Part shown: positions 51,936 through 62,858 of the stretch, piece by piece | Position numbering within the stretch: position 1 is the stretch's first letter | Layout of the letters: each line of letters opens with the position of its first letter | Translations under genes and position numbers: made by a program | From: an uncultured Candidatus Entotheonella sp. | GTDB taxonomy: Bacteria > Tectomicrobia > Entotheonellia > Entotheonellales > Entotheonellaceae | Assembly: GCA_965215335.1 (NCBI GenBank) | Contig: CBDCDA010000002.1 | Coordinates: forward strand, 192,001 to 256,000 | Direction: 5' to 3' | Length of the DNA stretch: 64,000 nucleotides | Notes under the pieces: generated by a model | What the model saw: the letters and a program-made list of their open reading frames with translations, nothing else | Told to the model about the DNA's origin: nothing | Database searches by the model: none

Positions 51936-52859
51936 ATGTCGGACATAACGTTTGGAACGGCCTTGCAGACGGTGACGGACGTGGCGGGGTTTGCCCGCCG
52001 TGCCGAGGACCTCGGGTTCGATCTTCTGGGGTGCGGTGAGCACGTGATGTTTCACGGCCCGGTGGGCAATACGTTCATTTCGTTGTCGGTAGCGGCGGGC
52101 GCGACGCAGCGCATCAGATTGTTGAGTTCGATTGTCCTGTTGCCCTTGTATCCTGCTGCTTTGGCCGCCAAGCTGGGCGCCGCGCTGGACGTGGCGTCGA
52201 ACGGCAGATACAACTTCGGAGTAGGCGTCGGCGGCGAGTTTCCCAAGGAGTTCGAGGCTTGCGGCGTGCCGGTCAATCAGCGCGGCGCCCGCACCAGCGA
52301 GGCGCTGGAGGTCATTACCCGGCTGTGGACCGAACCGGACGTCACCTTTCATGGCCGCTTCACCACTACCAACGAAGTGACGATTTCCCCGGCGCCGGTG
52401 CAGAAGCCGCACCCGCCTATCTGGGTGGCGGGCCGTCGCGACGCCGCCATGAAGCGGGCCGCGCGTTACGCCAACGGCTGGTTGCCGTACATGTACACAC
52501 CGGAACAACTGCACGACAGCATCGAGGCGATCAGCCACTACCGCGACGAATTCGGCCGCGACATGGCGGACTTCACCCCCGGTGTGTTCATTTTCACCAC
52601 GGTGCACTGCGACGGCGCCAAGGCGCGCCAGATGTGCAACGACAAGCTCAGCACCCAGTACGCGCAGGACTTCACCAAGCTGGTGCCGCGCTACGCCTTG
52701 GCCGGCACCCCGGAAGAATGCCGCAAGCGCCTGCAGGAATACATCGACGCCGGGGCGCGCACGATCATCCTGCCCGCAGCCGGCCCGGCCGATTACAACA
52801 ACGAGAACCTTGCCATGATTGCCCAGGAAGTCATCCCGGCGTTTCGTGGTGGGGATTAG
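51936..52859 (+). CDS. LLM-class flavin/F420-dependent oxidoreductase
   Basis: AEDLGFD, LDVASNGR..FGVGVG, PVQKPHPPIWVAG. Confidence 0.9.
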   Translation: MSDITFGTALQTVTDVAGFARRAEDLGFDLLGCGEHVMFHGPVGNTFISLSVAAGATQRIRLLSSIVLLPLYPAALAAKLGAALDVASNGRYNFGVGVGGEFPKEFEACGVPVNQRGARTSEALEVITRLWTEPDVTFHGRFTTTNEVTISPAPVQKPHPPIWVAGRRDAAMKRAARYANGWLPYMYTPEQLHDSIEAISHYRDEFGRDMADFTPGVFIFTTVHCDGAKARQMCNDKLSTQYAQDFTKLVPRYALAGTPEECRKRLQEYIDAGARTIILPAAGPADYNNENLAMIAQEVIPAFRGGD

Positions 52860-53063
52860 GAACGGTTGAGCAAGTCCTCAAGGCCAGATGTCCGGTAGGT
52901 GTGTAGTCCCGGCATTTGACGGAGTGAATCTTATTATCAATCATCGGGACTATGCACGGTTTTTGCACGACTATCTGGTATCCGCGACAGGCAAACCAAC
53001 CCGACTATCTGATGCTGTAATGAACCGGACATACGAGCGCAAACCGTTGCATGATACCGTTCC
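52859..53063. other. ~205-bp nested inverted-repeat element (MITE-like or structured ncRNA)
   Basis: GGAACGGT/ACCGTTCC ends; ATGTCCGGT/ACCGGACAT; 13-bp stem 52899-52911/52945-52957; GGTTTTTGC/GCAAACC. Confidence 0.55.
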
Positions 53064-53122
53064 GAGTCCGCTTCCGCTTGGCATTCAGAGCACCGAGACT
53101 TGCCGGCAGCAAAGGAGATCGC

Positions 53123-54271
53123 ATGGTTGCAACGTATGATTTGCTCCTCAAAGGAGGCGATATCGTTGATCCGTCCCAGGACATGCGGCGGCATGGCGAC
53201 GTCGCCTTCCGCGACGGTCGGGTAGCCGCTCTTGAGGCCGACATCCCAATCGAGACAGCAGCAGAAGTGATCGACGTGAGAGGCCACCTGGTAACGCCGG
53301 GCCTGATAGACATCCACGGTCACTTCTTTTATCGCGGCTGGCCGGGCGCGGTGGACCCGGACGTGGCCTGTCTGCCGTCGGGGGTGACCACCGCGGTGGA
53401 CGCCGGCAGCACCGGGTGGGGCAACTACACGGCCTTGCGCGACTACGTCATGCGCGATTCGCAGACGCGACTGTACGCCTTCGTGCACCTGTGCGCCACC
53501 GGCCTGACGTCGCTCACGGCGCGTGTCGGCGAGCTGCAGAATCTGGCCTTCGCGCAGACCGACCAGGCCATTCGCTGCATTGCCGATAACGCGGCGCAGG
53601 TATTGGGCGTCAAGGTGCGCATTGACCACCGCGCCACTGGCGAGGCGAATGCCCTGCCGGCCCTGCGAATGGCGCGCGAGGTGGCAGACACGACCCAATC
53701 GCAGATGATGGTGCACGTCAGCGGCACGCCGGTGCCTCTGGTGCGCCTCTTCGATTTCATGCGTGTCGGGGACGTCGCCACGCACATCCTCAACGGCCAC
53801 GCGCATAACGTTCTGGATGGCAACGGGCGGATTCGTGACGGGGTGCGGGAGGCTCGGGAGCGGGGCATCGTGCTGGACGTGGGGCACGCCGGGGTGCATT
53901 TCGACCTCAACGTGGCGCGCGCCGCGGTGTCGCAGGAATTCTGGCCGGATACGCTGAGCACCGACATCCACACCCCGCCGCCCGACCGGGCAGTCTACGA
54001 CCTGTTGGGTGTCATGTCCACGTTTCTGGCGCTGGAGATGCCGCTGGAAGCGGTAATCTCCAGCGTCACCAGCAAGGCCGCCGCGGCGATCGGCAAGCCC
54101 GAACTGGGCGGCCTGCGGGTTGGCAGCCCCGGCGACGCCGCGGTTCTGGAACTTCAGGAGGGCGAGTTTGCCTTCGTGGATGCGGTGGGCAACGAAGTGC
54201 CCGCCGGTCAACGGCTGCACGCGATGCTGACGGTCAAGGGCGGGCGCCGCTGGCGCTCGATGGCGGCCTGA
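53123..54271 (+). CDS. Amidohydrolase/deacetylase-family metallohydrolase (dihydroorotase-like)
   Basis: PGLIDIHGH, GVTTAVDAGS, GVKVR, MVH, THILNG, DVGH, STDIH. Confidence 0.9.
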   Translation: MVATYDLLLKGGDIVDPSQDMRRHGDVAFRDGRVAALEADIPIETAAEVIDVRGHLVTPGLIDIHGHFFYRGWPGAVDPDVACLPSGVTTAVDAGSTGWGNYTALRDYVMRDSQTRLYAFVHLCATGLTSLTARVGELQNLAFAQTDQAIRCIADNAAQVLGVKVRIDHRATGEANALPALRMAREVADTTQSQMMVHVSGTPVPLVRLFDFMRVGDVATHILNGHAHNVLDGNGRIRDGVREARERGIVLDVGHAGVHFDLNVARAAVSQEFWPDTLSTDIHTPPPDRAVYDLLGVMSTFLALEMPLEAVISSVTSKAAAAIGKPELGGLRVGSPGDAAVLELQEGEFAFVDAVGNEVPAGQRLHAMLTVKGGRRWRSMAA

Positions 54272-54284
54272 CGCACGTTACCTT

Positions 54285-56189
<1,905 letters not shown>

Positions 56190-56199
56190 TGTTGCTTCC

Positions 56200-56463
56200 T
56201 TACTTATGGACTGGGGGCGTGAGGCCGTCGAACACCGTGCTGCGCAGGGCCATGCGGGCGCTCATGAGGCCGGCCAGTAAGCCGTCTTCAAAGTTGAACG
56301 TGGCGTCGTTGGCCACCTCGGGATGATCCTGGGGATCTTGCAGGTCGTCCGGGGGATGCGGCAGCATGTCCAGCGCCACGTCGCGCACCTTGTCGCGTTG
56401 CTGGCTGATCATGCGTTCGAGAATCTCTTCGACGTCGGCGAAGAGTTGTTGCAATTCGGCCAT
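56200..56463 (-). CDS. Small hypothetical protein
   Basis: GAGGAG RBS; LQDPQDHPE...FNFEDGLLAG; co-oriented upstream of acs. Confidence 0.65.
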   Translation of the reverse strand: MAELQQLFADVEEILERMISQQRDKVRDVALDMLPHPPDDLQDPQDHPEVANDATFNFEDGLLAGLMSARMALRSTVFDGLTPPVHK

Positions 56464-56693
56464 GGGATCTCCTCGTTTCAATCCGCACCGGCCTGCGAAG
56501 GCCGGTGCTGCGAGCGACTGCGGCGAGGTCAGGCAAGAGTCGTCGAGGTGTCGCAGAGCGAGGCATCATAGCACATCCGTACGCTTGCCTAGACTGCCGC
56601 AGCTTTTCCTTTGAAAGCGGCGGGGCAATCATCTAGGATAGTTGCCTGGCCAAAGATCCTCAGAGAGCGTCCACCGTGCACGGGAGATTTGCC

Positions 56694-58304
56694 ATGGTGC
56701 AGACAGCGGTCAATTATACTCCGCTCACCCCTTTGAATTTCCTTGCCCGCACCGCGAATGTCTATCCTGATAAAACAGCCGTTGTCTACGGCGATACGCG
56801 CTACACATACCGGCAATTGCGCCAGCGGGCAAACCGACTGGCGACCGCTTTGCACGGCATCGGCGTGGTCAAGGGCGACCGGGTCGCCTTCCTGTGCGCC
56901 AACATTCCGCCCATGCTGGAGGCGCACTTCGGCGTGCCCCTCGCCGGGGCCATTCTGGTGGGCATCAACACCCGTCTGTCGTCGCCGGAAATCGCCTACA
57001 TTCTCAACCATTCCGGCTGCAAGGTGCTGTGCGTCGACGCGGAATTGGCGGAACTGATTCGCCCCGTTCGGGACCAATTGACCAGCGTCGAGACGGTGGT
57101 GAACATCCTGGACGGCGATACCGGCGAGCCCCTGGATGGCGGAACGGATTACGAGTCGTTTCTGGCGACCGGCACGGATGCGCTGCTCGAAAGCCCGGTG
57201 CAGGACGAAAACGAGCCGATCAGCATCAATTACACCAGCGGCACTACCGGCAACCCCAAGGGGGTGCTGTACACGCACCGCAGCGGCTACCTGAACGCCA
57301 TGACCGCAGCGCTGGAGGTCGGCATGAGCTACCGCTCGACCTACCTGTGGACGCTGCCCATGTTTCACTGCAACGGCTGGTGCTTCCCGTGGGGCGTGAC
57401 CGCGGTGGCCGCGACACACGTCTGCCTGCGGCGGCTGGAACCGGGCAGGGTGTTCGATCTCATCGAAGCCGAAAAGGTTTCCCATTTGTGCGGGGCGCCC
57501 GTGGTACTGATTTCCCTGGTCAACCATTCGCGCGCCAAAACCGCCGTCTTCCCCCGCAAACTGCACGTCGTCACTGCCGCGGCGCCGCCGTCCCCGACGA
57601 TCATCGCCAACATGGAAGCGCTCGGCGCCGAGATTTTCCACGTCTACGGCCTCACCGAGACATACGGCCCGCACAGCATCTGCGCCTGGCACGAGGCATG
57701 GGACGACCTGCCGGCAGACGAGCGAGCGCGCAAAAAGGCGCGGCAGGGCGTGCCCTACATTGCCGCCGGCGAGATGCGGGTGGTGGACGACAACATGCGC
57801 GATGTGCCTGCCGATGCCGAGACCCTCGGCGAGGTGGTGATGCGCGGTAACAACGTCATGCTCGGCTACTACCAGCAGCCGGAGGTGACCGCCGAAGCCT
57901 TCCGCGGCGGCTGGTTCCACAGCGGCGACCTGGCCATCATGCATCCGGACGGCTACGTCGAGCTGCGCGACCGCAAGAAAGACATCATCATCAGCGGCGG
58001 CGAGAATATCTCGACCATCGAGGTGGAGAACACCATCTACCGGCATCCGGACGTGCAGGAAGTGTCGGTCATCGCCATCCCGGACGAAAAATGGGGTGAG
58101 GTGCCCAAGGCGTTTGTGGTACCCAAGCCGGGCACGCAGCCGACGGAGGCCGACATCATCCAGTTCTGTCGTGGCCACATGGCTCACTTCAAATGCCCGA
58201 AGGCAGTGGAATTCGGCGACTTGCCGAAAACCTCGACCGGCAAGGTGAAAAAGTTCGCGCTGCGGGAGAAAGAGTGGAAGGGGCTTGAAACCCGCATCCA
58301 TTAA
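56694..58304 (+). CDS. Acyl-CoA synthetase (AMP-binding family)
   Basis: YTSGTTGNPKG, PMFHCNGW, YGLTETYG, FHSGD, DRKKDIIISGGENIS, PKTSTGK. Confidence 0.93.
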   Translation: MVQTAVNYTPLTPLNFLARTANVYPDKTAVVYGDTRYTYRQLRQRANRLATALHGIGVVKGDRVAFLCANIPPMLEAHFGVPLAGAILVGINTRLSSPEIAYILNHSGCKVLCVDAELAELIRPVRDQLTSVETVVNILDGDTGEPLDGGTDYESFLATGTDALLESPVQDENEPISINYTSGTTGNPKGVLYTHRSGYLNAMTAALEVGMSYRSTYLWTLPMFHCNGWCFPWGVTAVAATHVCLRRLEPGRVFDLIEAEKVSHLCGAPVVLISLVNHSRAKTAVFPRKLHVVTAAAPPSPTIIANMEALGAEIFHVYGLTETYGPHSICAWHEAWDDLPADERARKKARQGVPYIAAGEMRVVDDNMRDVPADAETLGEVVMRGNNVMLGYYQQPEVTAEAFRGGWFHSGDLAIMHPDGYVELRDRKKDIIISGGENISTIEVENTIYRHPDVQEVSVIAIPDEKWGEVPKAFVVPKPGTQPTEADIIQFCRGHMAHFKCPKAVEFGDLPKTSTGKVKKFALREKEWKGLETRIH

Positions 58305-59249
58305 TGTAGATCATTGAGACCGAGGATTCTGTTGATAGATAGCCCCCGTGTGGTACAACCGCCTGAGCATGTCTCTCTCCCCACACCGAAAACGGAGGCA
58401 GTCATGGTTCGACCCGATTTGAACGCTTGGGGCCGTACCTTGGCCGATCCGAGACGCCTCGCGGTCAACGCCCAGCATCGGCAGCCCGCATCGGACGCGC
58501 CAGGGAGACCGTCCTGAATTGGGTGCATCAATACAGCCTGGCTGGCCTCGAAGGCATCATCTACCGTCACACCGGGCGCCGCTACCCCCTTTTGACCAAG
58601 AGCAACTCGACCCACTCGTCCATGCGGTGGTCGAAACCGAGCCGCTCGACCACGGTCTGCCGGGTCATGCCTGGACATTGAAAAAGCTGCGTTGCGCTGG
58701 CTTGCACAGGTCACGGGCTACGCATGCAACCGCACGACCTTGCACCGACTCCTGCGCGCTCAAAGACTGAGTTGGAAGAAATTGCCAGAAGGTGCTCAAG
58801 AAAGCCGATCCGCAACGTCGTGCCGCCTTTGTGCAATACCTGCAAGACTTGTTTGCGCGGCTTTGCCGCAAGGAAATCCGCCTGCTTGATCTCGATGAAG
58901 CCCATCTGCACCGTGACATGGACCTGGGCTACACTTGGGCGCCCGAAGGCAAACCCGCCCGGCGTGCGAGCGGCTGTGGCTCTTTGGCTGAACGCATCAA
59001 CTGGCACGGTGCCTACGATTTCTTCGCTGGCCAGTGTTTCATCAATCCGATTGAAGGTCTCTGGAAGCGGATGCGCGAAGAGGTGACGCGCACTTTCTGC
59101 CATGCCTCCATGCGTCATCCCCTTGATGCCTGCAAAGCCTTCATCGACCGTATCAACGGGGACCCACTCCGGCTGGTGTCGCGCTTGTGGCCAAGATTCG
59201 AACTCGACCCGGAGTTCGAGAAATTCTTGGTATCAAAGTGAACGCACTT
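58304..59249 (+). mobile_element. Degenerate IS630-family element (frameshifted, internally deleted transposase)
   Basis: Fragments ETVLNWVH..GLEG, HAWTLKKL, RLSWKK, LDEAH..TWAPEG, NPIEGLWKRMR; TA at both ends; imperfect terminal repeats. Confidence 0.75.
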
Positions 59250-59462
59250 TAGCCCCTCAAGCAGGATGCCGACACCAAGACCGGCATGGTACTGGTTTCT
59301 GGTGTCCCCATTGCCTCCTGTGCCAAGCTGGCGGCTCATACGAGTGTGTCGTTTCTTATGAATATCAACAAGCCCTGGTTTTTTTACGTATCTGCATGGA
59401 CAACGGCGCCCCAACCTTCGATAATGTGTTGGGGTCGCCAATTCATACAGGAGAGGAATACC

Positions 59463-59769
59463 ATTTAGGCCATCTGTCAGGCGGCGCTTGGCAGCCTTGG
59501 CCATCCCTGCTGGTCGGCGACTTGGGTTTGGACTACGGTGCAGGTGCAGGGCGGGGCCATGCCCAAGGTGAATAATCAACACGGCCGCCGAGGCGATGCT
59601 GATGCTGCTGAAGGTCCTCGGCGAGGCGAGGGCCGAGGCCACTGTCGAGTACCGCGAGGCGCAGCCGTTCGAGACGATCGGAGGCATCATGAAGGTCCTC
59701 GGCATTGGCGAGAAGACCTTTGAAAGTGTCAAGGATCACATCGCCGTTGAGGGAACGGCGGATGAGTAG
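59463..59769 (+). pseudogene. comEA: ComEA-like helix-hairpin-helix DNA-binding protein, frameshifted
   Basis: KVN/INTA....L..L..LGEARAEA.VEYRE..PFET...MKVLGIGEKTFE.VKDHI; AGGAGAGG RBS with a broken start and leader. Confidence 0.7.
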
Positions 59770-59795
59770 GGCGCAAGGCCCGCAAAGGAGTGCAC

Positions 59796-60143
59796 ATGAG
59801 CCGGCAAGCGGACTGGTACTATCACCGCAAGGGCTGAACCACCTGCGCCAAGGTTTCCAGGTTTTTGGAAACCCATGACGTGACGGTGCAAGACACGATT
59901 CCGGCGAGCAGGAAGCTCGGGTTGAGCGATGCGCTGGCATTGGTGGAGCAGGTCGACCGCTTGGTCGTCGCGAAGGGCAAGAAGCTGACAGAGCTTGATC
60001 TGGGCGCCGAGTCGTCGACCGATGACGCGGTGGCCAAGCTGATGCTGGGGCCGACCGGCAATCTGCGAGCCCCCACTCTGCGTGCTGGACGCACCCTCGT
60101 TGTCGGCTACAATGAGCAGGTACTTATGGAGACGTTTGGTTGA
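59796..60143 (+). CDS. ArsC/Spx-like thioredoxin-fold selenoprotein (UxxC; TGA 59835-59837)
   Basis: AAAGGAG RBS; MSRQADWYYHRKG-TGA-TTCAK continues in frame to LMLGPTGNLRAPTLRAGRTLVVGYNE. Confidence 0.88.
59852..59873 (+). promoter_or_regulatory. Putative SECIS
   Basis: Perfect 8-bp stem GGTTTCCA/TGGAAACC, loop GGUUUU starting 22 nt after UGA. Confidence 0.7.
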
Positions 60144-60181
60144 TCCGCAGCAAGGCGCGGGCTAGGGGAAAGGAAATGCGC

Positions 60182-60421
60182 ATGGATATGGATAAGAAAG
60201 TCATCGTTTATAGCAACGTGGGTTGAGGCCCCTGTCACCAAGCGATGGAGTATCTATCGCAGAAGGGGGTTGCTTTTGTGGAAAAGAATGTTGCCCGCGA
60301 CCCCGACGCCGTGCAGGAATTGATCGGCATGGGGTTGCGCTCCCTCCCGGTCGTAGTGATCGGCGAGCATCGGCTCAGCGGCTTTAATCCCGCCGCCATT
60401 GACGCGGCGCTTGCCTCGTAG
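60182..60421 (+). CDS. Glutaredoxin/NrdH-like selenoprotein (UGPC; TGA 60224-60226), absent from the ORF track
   Basis: AAGGA RBS; MDMDKKVIVYSNVG-TGA-GPCHQAMEYLSQKGVAFVEKNV...GLRSLPVVVIGEHRLSGFNP. Confidence 0.88.
60227..60271 (+). promoter_or_regulatory. Putative SECIS
   Basis: Upper stem GCGATGG/CTATCGC with loop AGUAU starting 22 nt after UGA; lower stem GGCCCC/GGGGTT. Confidence 0.7.
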
Positions 60422-60466
60422 GAAGGCTCGCGGCCAACGCCCTGCCTTGGGGCAGATGCCGTGAGC

Positions 60467-60880
60467 TCAATCGTGCGCCTCCTCCTCGGTGGCGCCGATC
60501 TTGTGCCGCATTGCCCGTCCTTTATCGGGGTGCGGGTCTTTTACGAGGCCATAGATCTGCCGTCCCTCGTGCTCCTCCGGCAGGTATTCGGTAATCGGCA
60601 CACCCTCCTTGGTCACGAACAACAGACAGTGACAGTACTTGTATATCTGCATCTCGTCACAGGCGCAACGCCAGCGACGCAGCTTCGCCTCGGCAGGTTT
60701 GTCGGGATAGAAATTGCATGGGCACAGCGGCACGCCGACCTCCTCAATATGCCGCGCCAAGCCCTCGACGACGGTTTCCGTGACGCTGCGGTCCGGATGC
60801 AGATGGCTGCCTGACTTTTCGGCAAACTTCTCGGCGTATTTTTGCATTTTGGCGATGTTCTTTTCGCTCGGTTCGTCCAT
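60467..60880 (-). CDS. Ferredoxin:thioredoxin reductase catalytic subunit-like protein
   Basis: VVEGLA....G.PLCPC ... WRCAC ... YCHCLLF three-motif pattern. Confidence 0.88.
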   Translation of the reverse strand: MDEPSEKNIAKMQKYAEKFAEKSGSHLHPDRSVTETVVEGLARHIEEVGVPLCPCNFYPDKPAEAKLRRWRCACDEMQIYKYCHCLLFVTKEGVPITEYLPEEHEGRQIYGLVKDPHPDKGRAMRHKIGATEEEAHD

Positions 60881-60934
60881 TTGCAGAGCCTCCTTTCCAA
60901 ATTGCGCCCTGAGGTGCGAGGCCGTTGCGCCGTC

Positions 60935-61225
60935 TCAGGCGGCGATGCCTTCGATGCGCTGTGCGAGGGTGAAATCCAGGTCGCTGATGCCGCCGACGTC
61001 GTGGGTGGTCAGGGCGATGGTGACGCGATTATAAACGTTGGACCATTCTGGATGGTGGTTCATGGATTCCGCTGTCAGAGCGACGCTGGCCATGAACCCG
61101 AAGGCGTTGACGAATGAGTCGAACCGGAAGGTTTTGCTGAGCTTGCCGTCAATGAATTCCCAGCCCTGCAGGTTGGTCAGCCGCGCGGCCACCTCCACCT
61201 TGGATAATTTCTGTCGTGTAGCCAT
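60935..61225 (-). CDS. Pterin-4-alpha-carbinolamine dehydratase
   Basis: [31 protein letters not shown]. Confidence 0.95.
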   Translation of the reverse strand: MATRQKLSKVEVAARLTNLQGWEFIDGKLSKTFRFDSFVNAFGFMASVALTAESMNHHPEWSNVYNRVTIALTTHDVGGISDLDFTLAQRIEGIAA

Positions 61226-61373
61226 GAGTAGCGCCTTTCCTCACAAACCCTGATCTGGTGTCGTCTAACGAAATCGCCCGGGCATGTTCATTCTGGACAA
61301 TTGAGAATGACATACCCCGCAGATGGTCGCCAGTTTTTTCTCGAGGATGAAGCTCAGAGCTGGAGGCAGGCGT

Positions 61374-62264
61374 ATGAGTGTGGCGCTGATTGTCTTGGTG
61401 CTGCTGGTCCTGGTCGTCGGCATGATGCTGTGGGTAGGTGGCGGCAAGACCGTCTTCGAGGCGCGGGGCGTCGGCATTGTCGAGGGCATTCCAGGAAGCC
61501 TTCCCGAATCGTCCGCCGCACCGTCCGAGGTTTTAACCCTGTTCTCGTATAACCTGGCCTATGGACTCGGTGGTATGGGGGCGAGGGCCACGCAGACGGA
61601 CGCGGCGGTATACAATCGCCTGGACTCCGTCATCGAAGCGATTGCGGCCTGCGAGGCCGACGCGACGTTGCTGCAAGCGGTCGATTTCGCCAGCCGCCGC
61701 ACGAGCTACATCGCTCAACTGCATTATATAGCCGCGGCACTGGGTTGGCGATACGTGGCTGCGGTCACGGATTGGGAGTGCCGGCACTTGCCGTTGCCTT
61801 GGAGGCACGCCGGACGTGTGCGCGCCGGGCAGGGGGTCATCAGCCGCCTACCGCTGGAACACAACGGTTGGCAGCGCCTGCCGCAGTCGCGGGCGTTTCC
61901 GTTGATGTCGACACTGTTCGCACCGCATGACGCCGTGCAGGTGGTCGACCTGCGGTGCGGCATGCGTGGCGTGCGATTGATGCAGGTTCATCTGACGCCG
62001 CGTCGGGCCGGCGGGCATCAGCGGCGGGAAGAGCAGTTGGCGGCCATCGTGGCTGGAGCGATGATGCCGAGTTGTGTGGTGGCGGGGGTTGGCGTACCCG
62101 CTGCGGACATGATCCACTCTGCGTTAGGCGCCACGCCGGCCCTGCGCCCGGAAATCGGCGGCGTGTTCCTCGGCAGCGGTTGGGCCAACGCCGAGGTGCG
62201 TGTCCTGTCGCCGTTGGCCAGTGTCTCCGAGTATACCCCTGTGCTGGTAAAGCTATGGCTATGA
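61374..62264 (+). CDS. Membrane-anchored endonuclease/exonuclease/phosphatase-family protein, catalytic residues degenerate
   Basis: TM helix; SYNLAYG, LQAVD (usually QEVD), ISRLP, VHL, SEYTPV (usually SDH.PV). Confidence 0.7.
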   Translation: MSVALIVLVLLVLVVGMMLWVGGGKTVFEARGVGIVEGIPGSLPESSAAPSEVLTLFSYNLAYGLGGMGARATQTDAAVYNRLDSVIEAIAACEADATLLQAVDFASRRTSYIAQLHYIAAALGWRYVAAVTDWECRHLPLPWRHAGRVRAGQGVISRLPLEHNGWQRLPQSRAFPLMSTLFAPHDAVQVVDLRCGMRGVRLMQVHLTPRRAGGHQRREEQLAAIVAGAMMPSCVVAGVGVPAADMIHSALGATPALRPEIGGVFLGSGWANAEVRVLSPLASVSEYTPVLVKLWL

Positions 62265-62279
62265 ACGTCACGCTGGCTA

Positions 62280-62639
62280 TCAGGGATGGGAATCGGCGTC
62301 GCCGGGTTTGGTGCCCAGCCGGATTTCCTCGCCGTTTGAGACCTCGTCGAAGTCCGAATCCTTTTCCTCGACGACGAGATAGATTTCCACCTCCGGTCCC
62401 TTGCCTGCCTTCTTGGCGCGCCGCAGGGCTCTGCCGTACGAGTTCAATTTCCGTTTGTTTATGTGGCAGACTTTGCAGGAGGCGTAGTACAGTCAGTGTC
62501 GGGTACGAGGTAGTCGTAGTATAGCTTGTATAGCTTCTCGAAGCGTTTCTGATCTCGGTTGTGCGCCTCGGCGATAACCTGCCGAGGCTGACAAGAGGCA
62601 TGCCGCCATGCCGATGAACAGCATGTGGTTGCCTCTCAT
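62280..62639 (-). pseudogene. Small secreted CxxCH (c-type heme) protein, interrupted
   Basis: Signal-like MRGNHMLFIGMAACLLSASA; ASCKVCH...LNSYG...DSDFDEVSNGEEIRLGTKPGDADSHP*; in-frame TGA at 62493-62495. Confidence 0.6.
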
Positions 62640-62858
62640 GCGCGAGCTCTTCCCTTCTCAGGTCACGCGTCTCTGTCGCAAGATGCTACAGCGGCTCGCC
62701 GGGCGAGCCGCAAGCAGGCTGCCTTAACATAACGGTGCGACGATTTTCGGGATGGGCGGATGGCGATTGACAATGTCATCCGGTGTCCATATGCTGCGCT
62801 CCCCGGCATGGAGTTACGGATTGGGCTTATTGGCCATTGCTGCTCGCGAGGTGAGACG

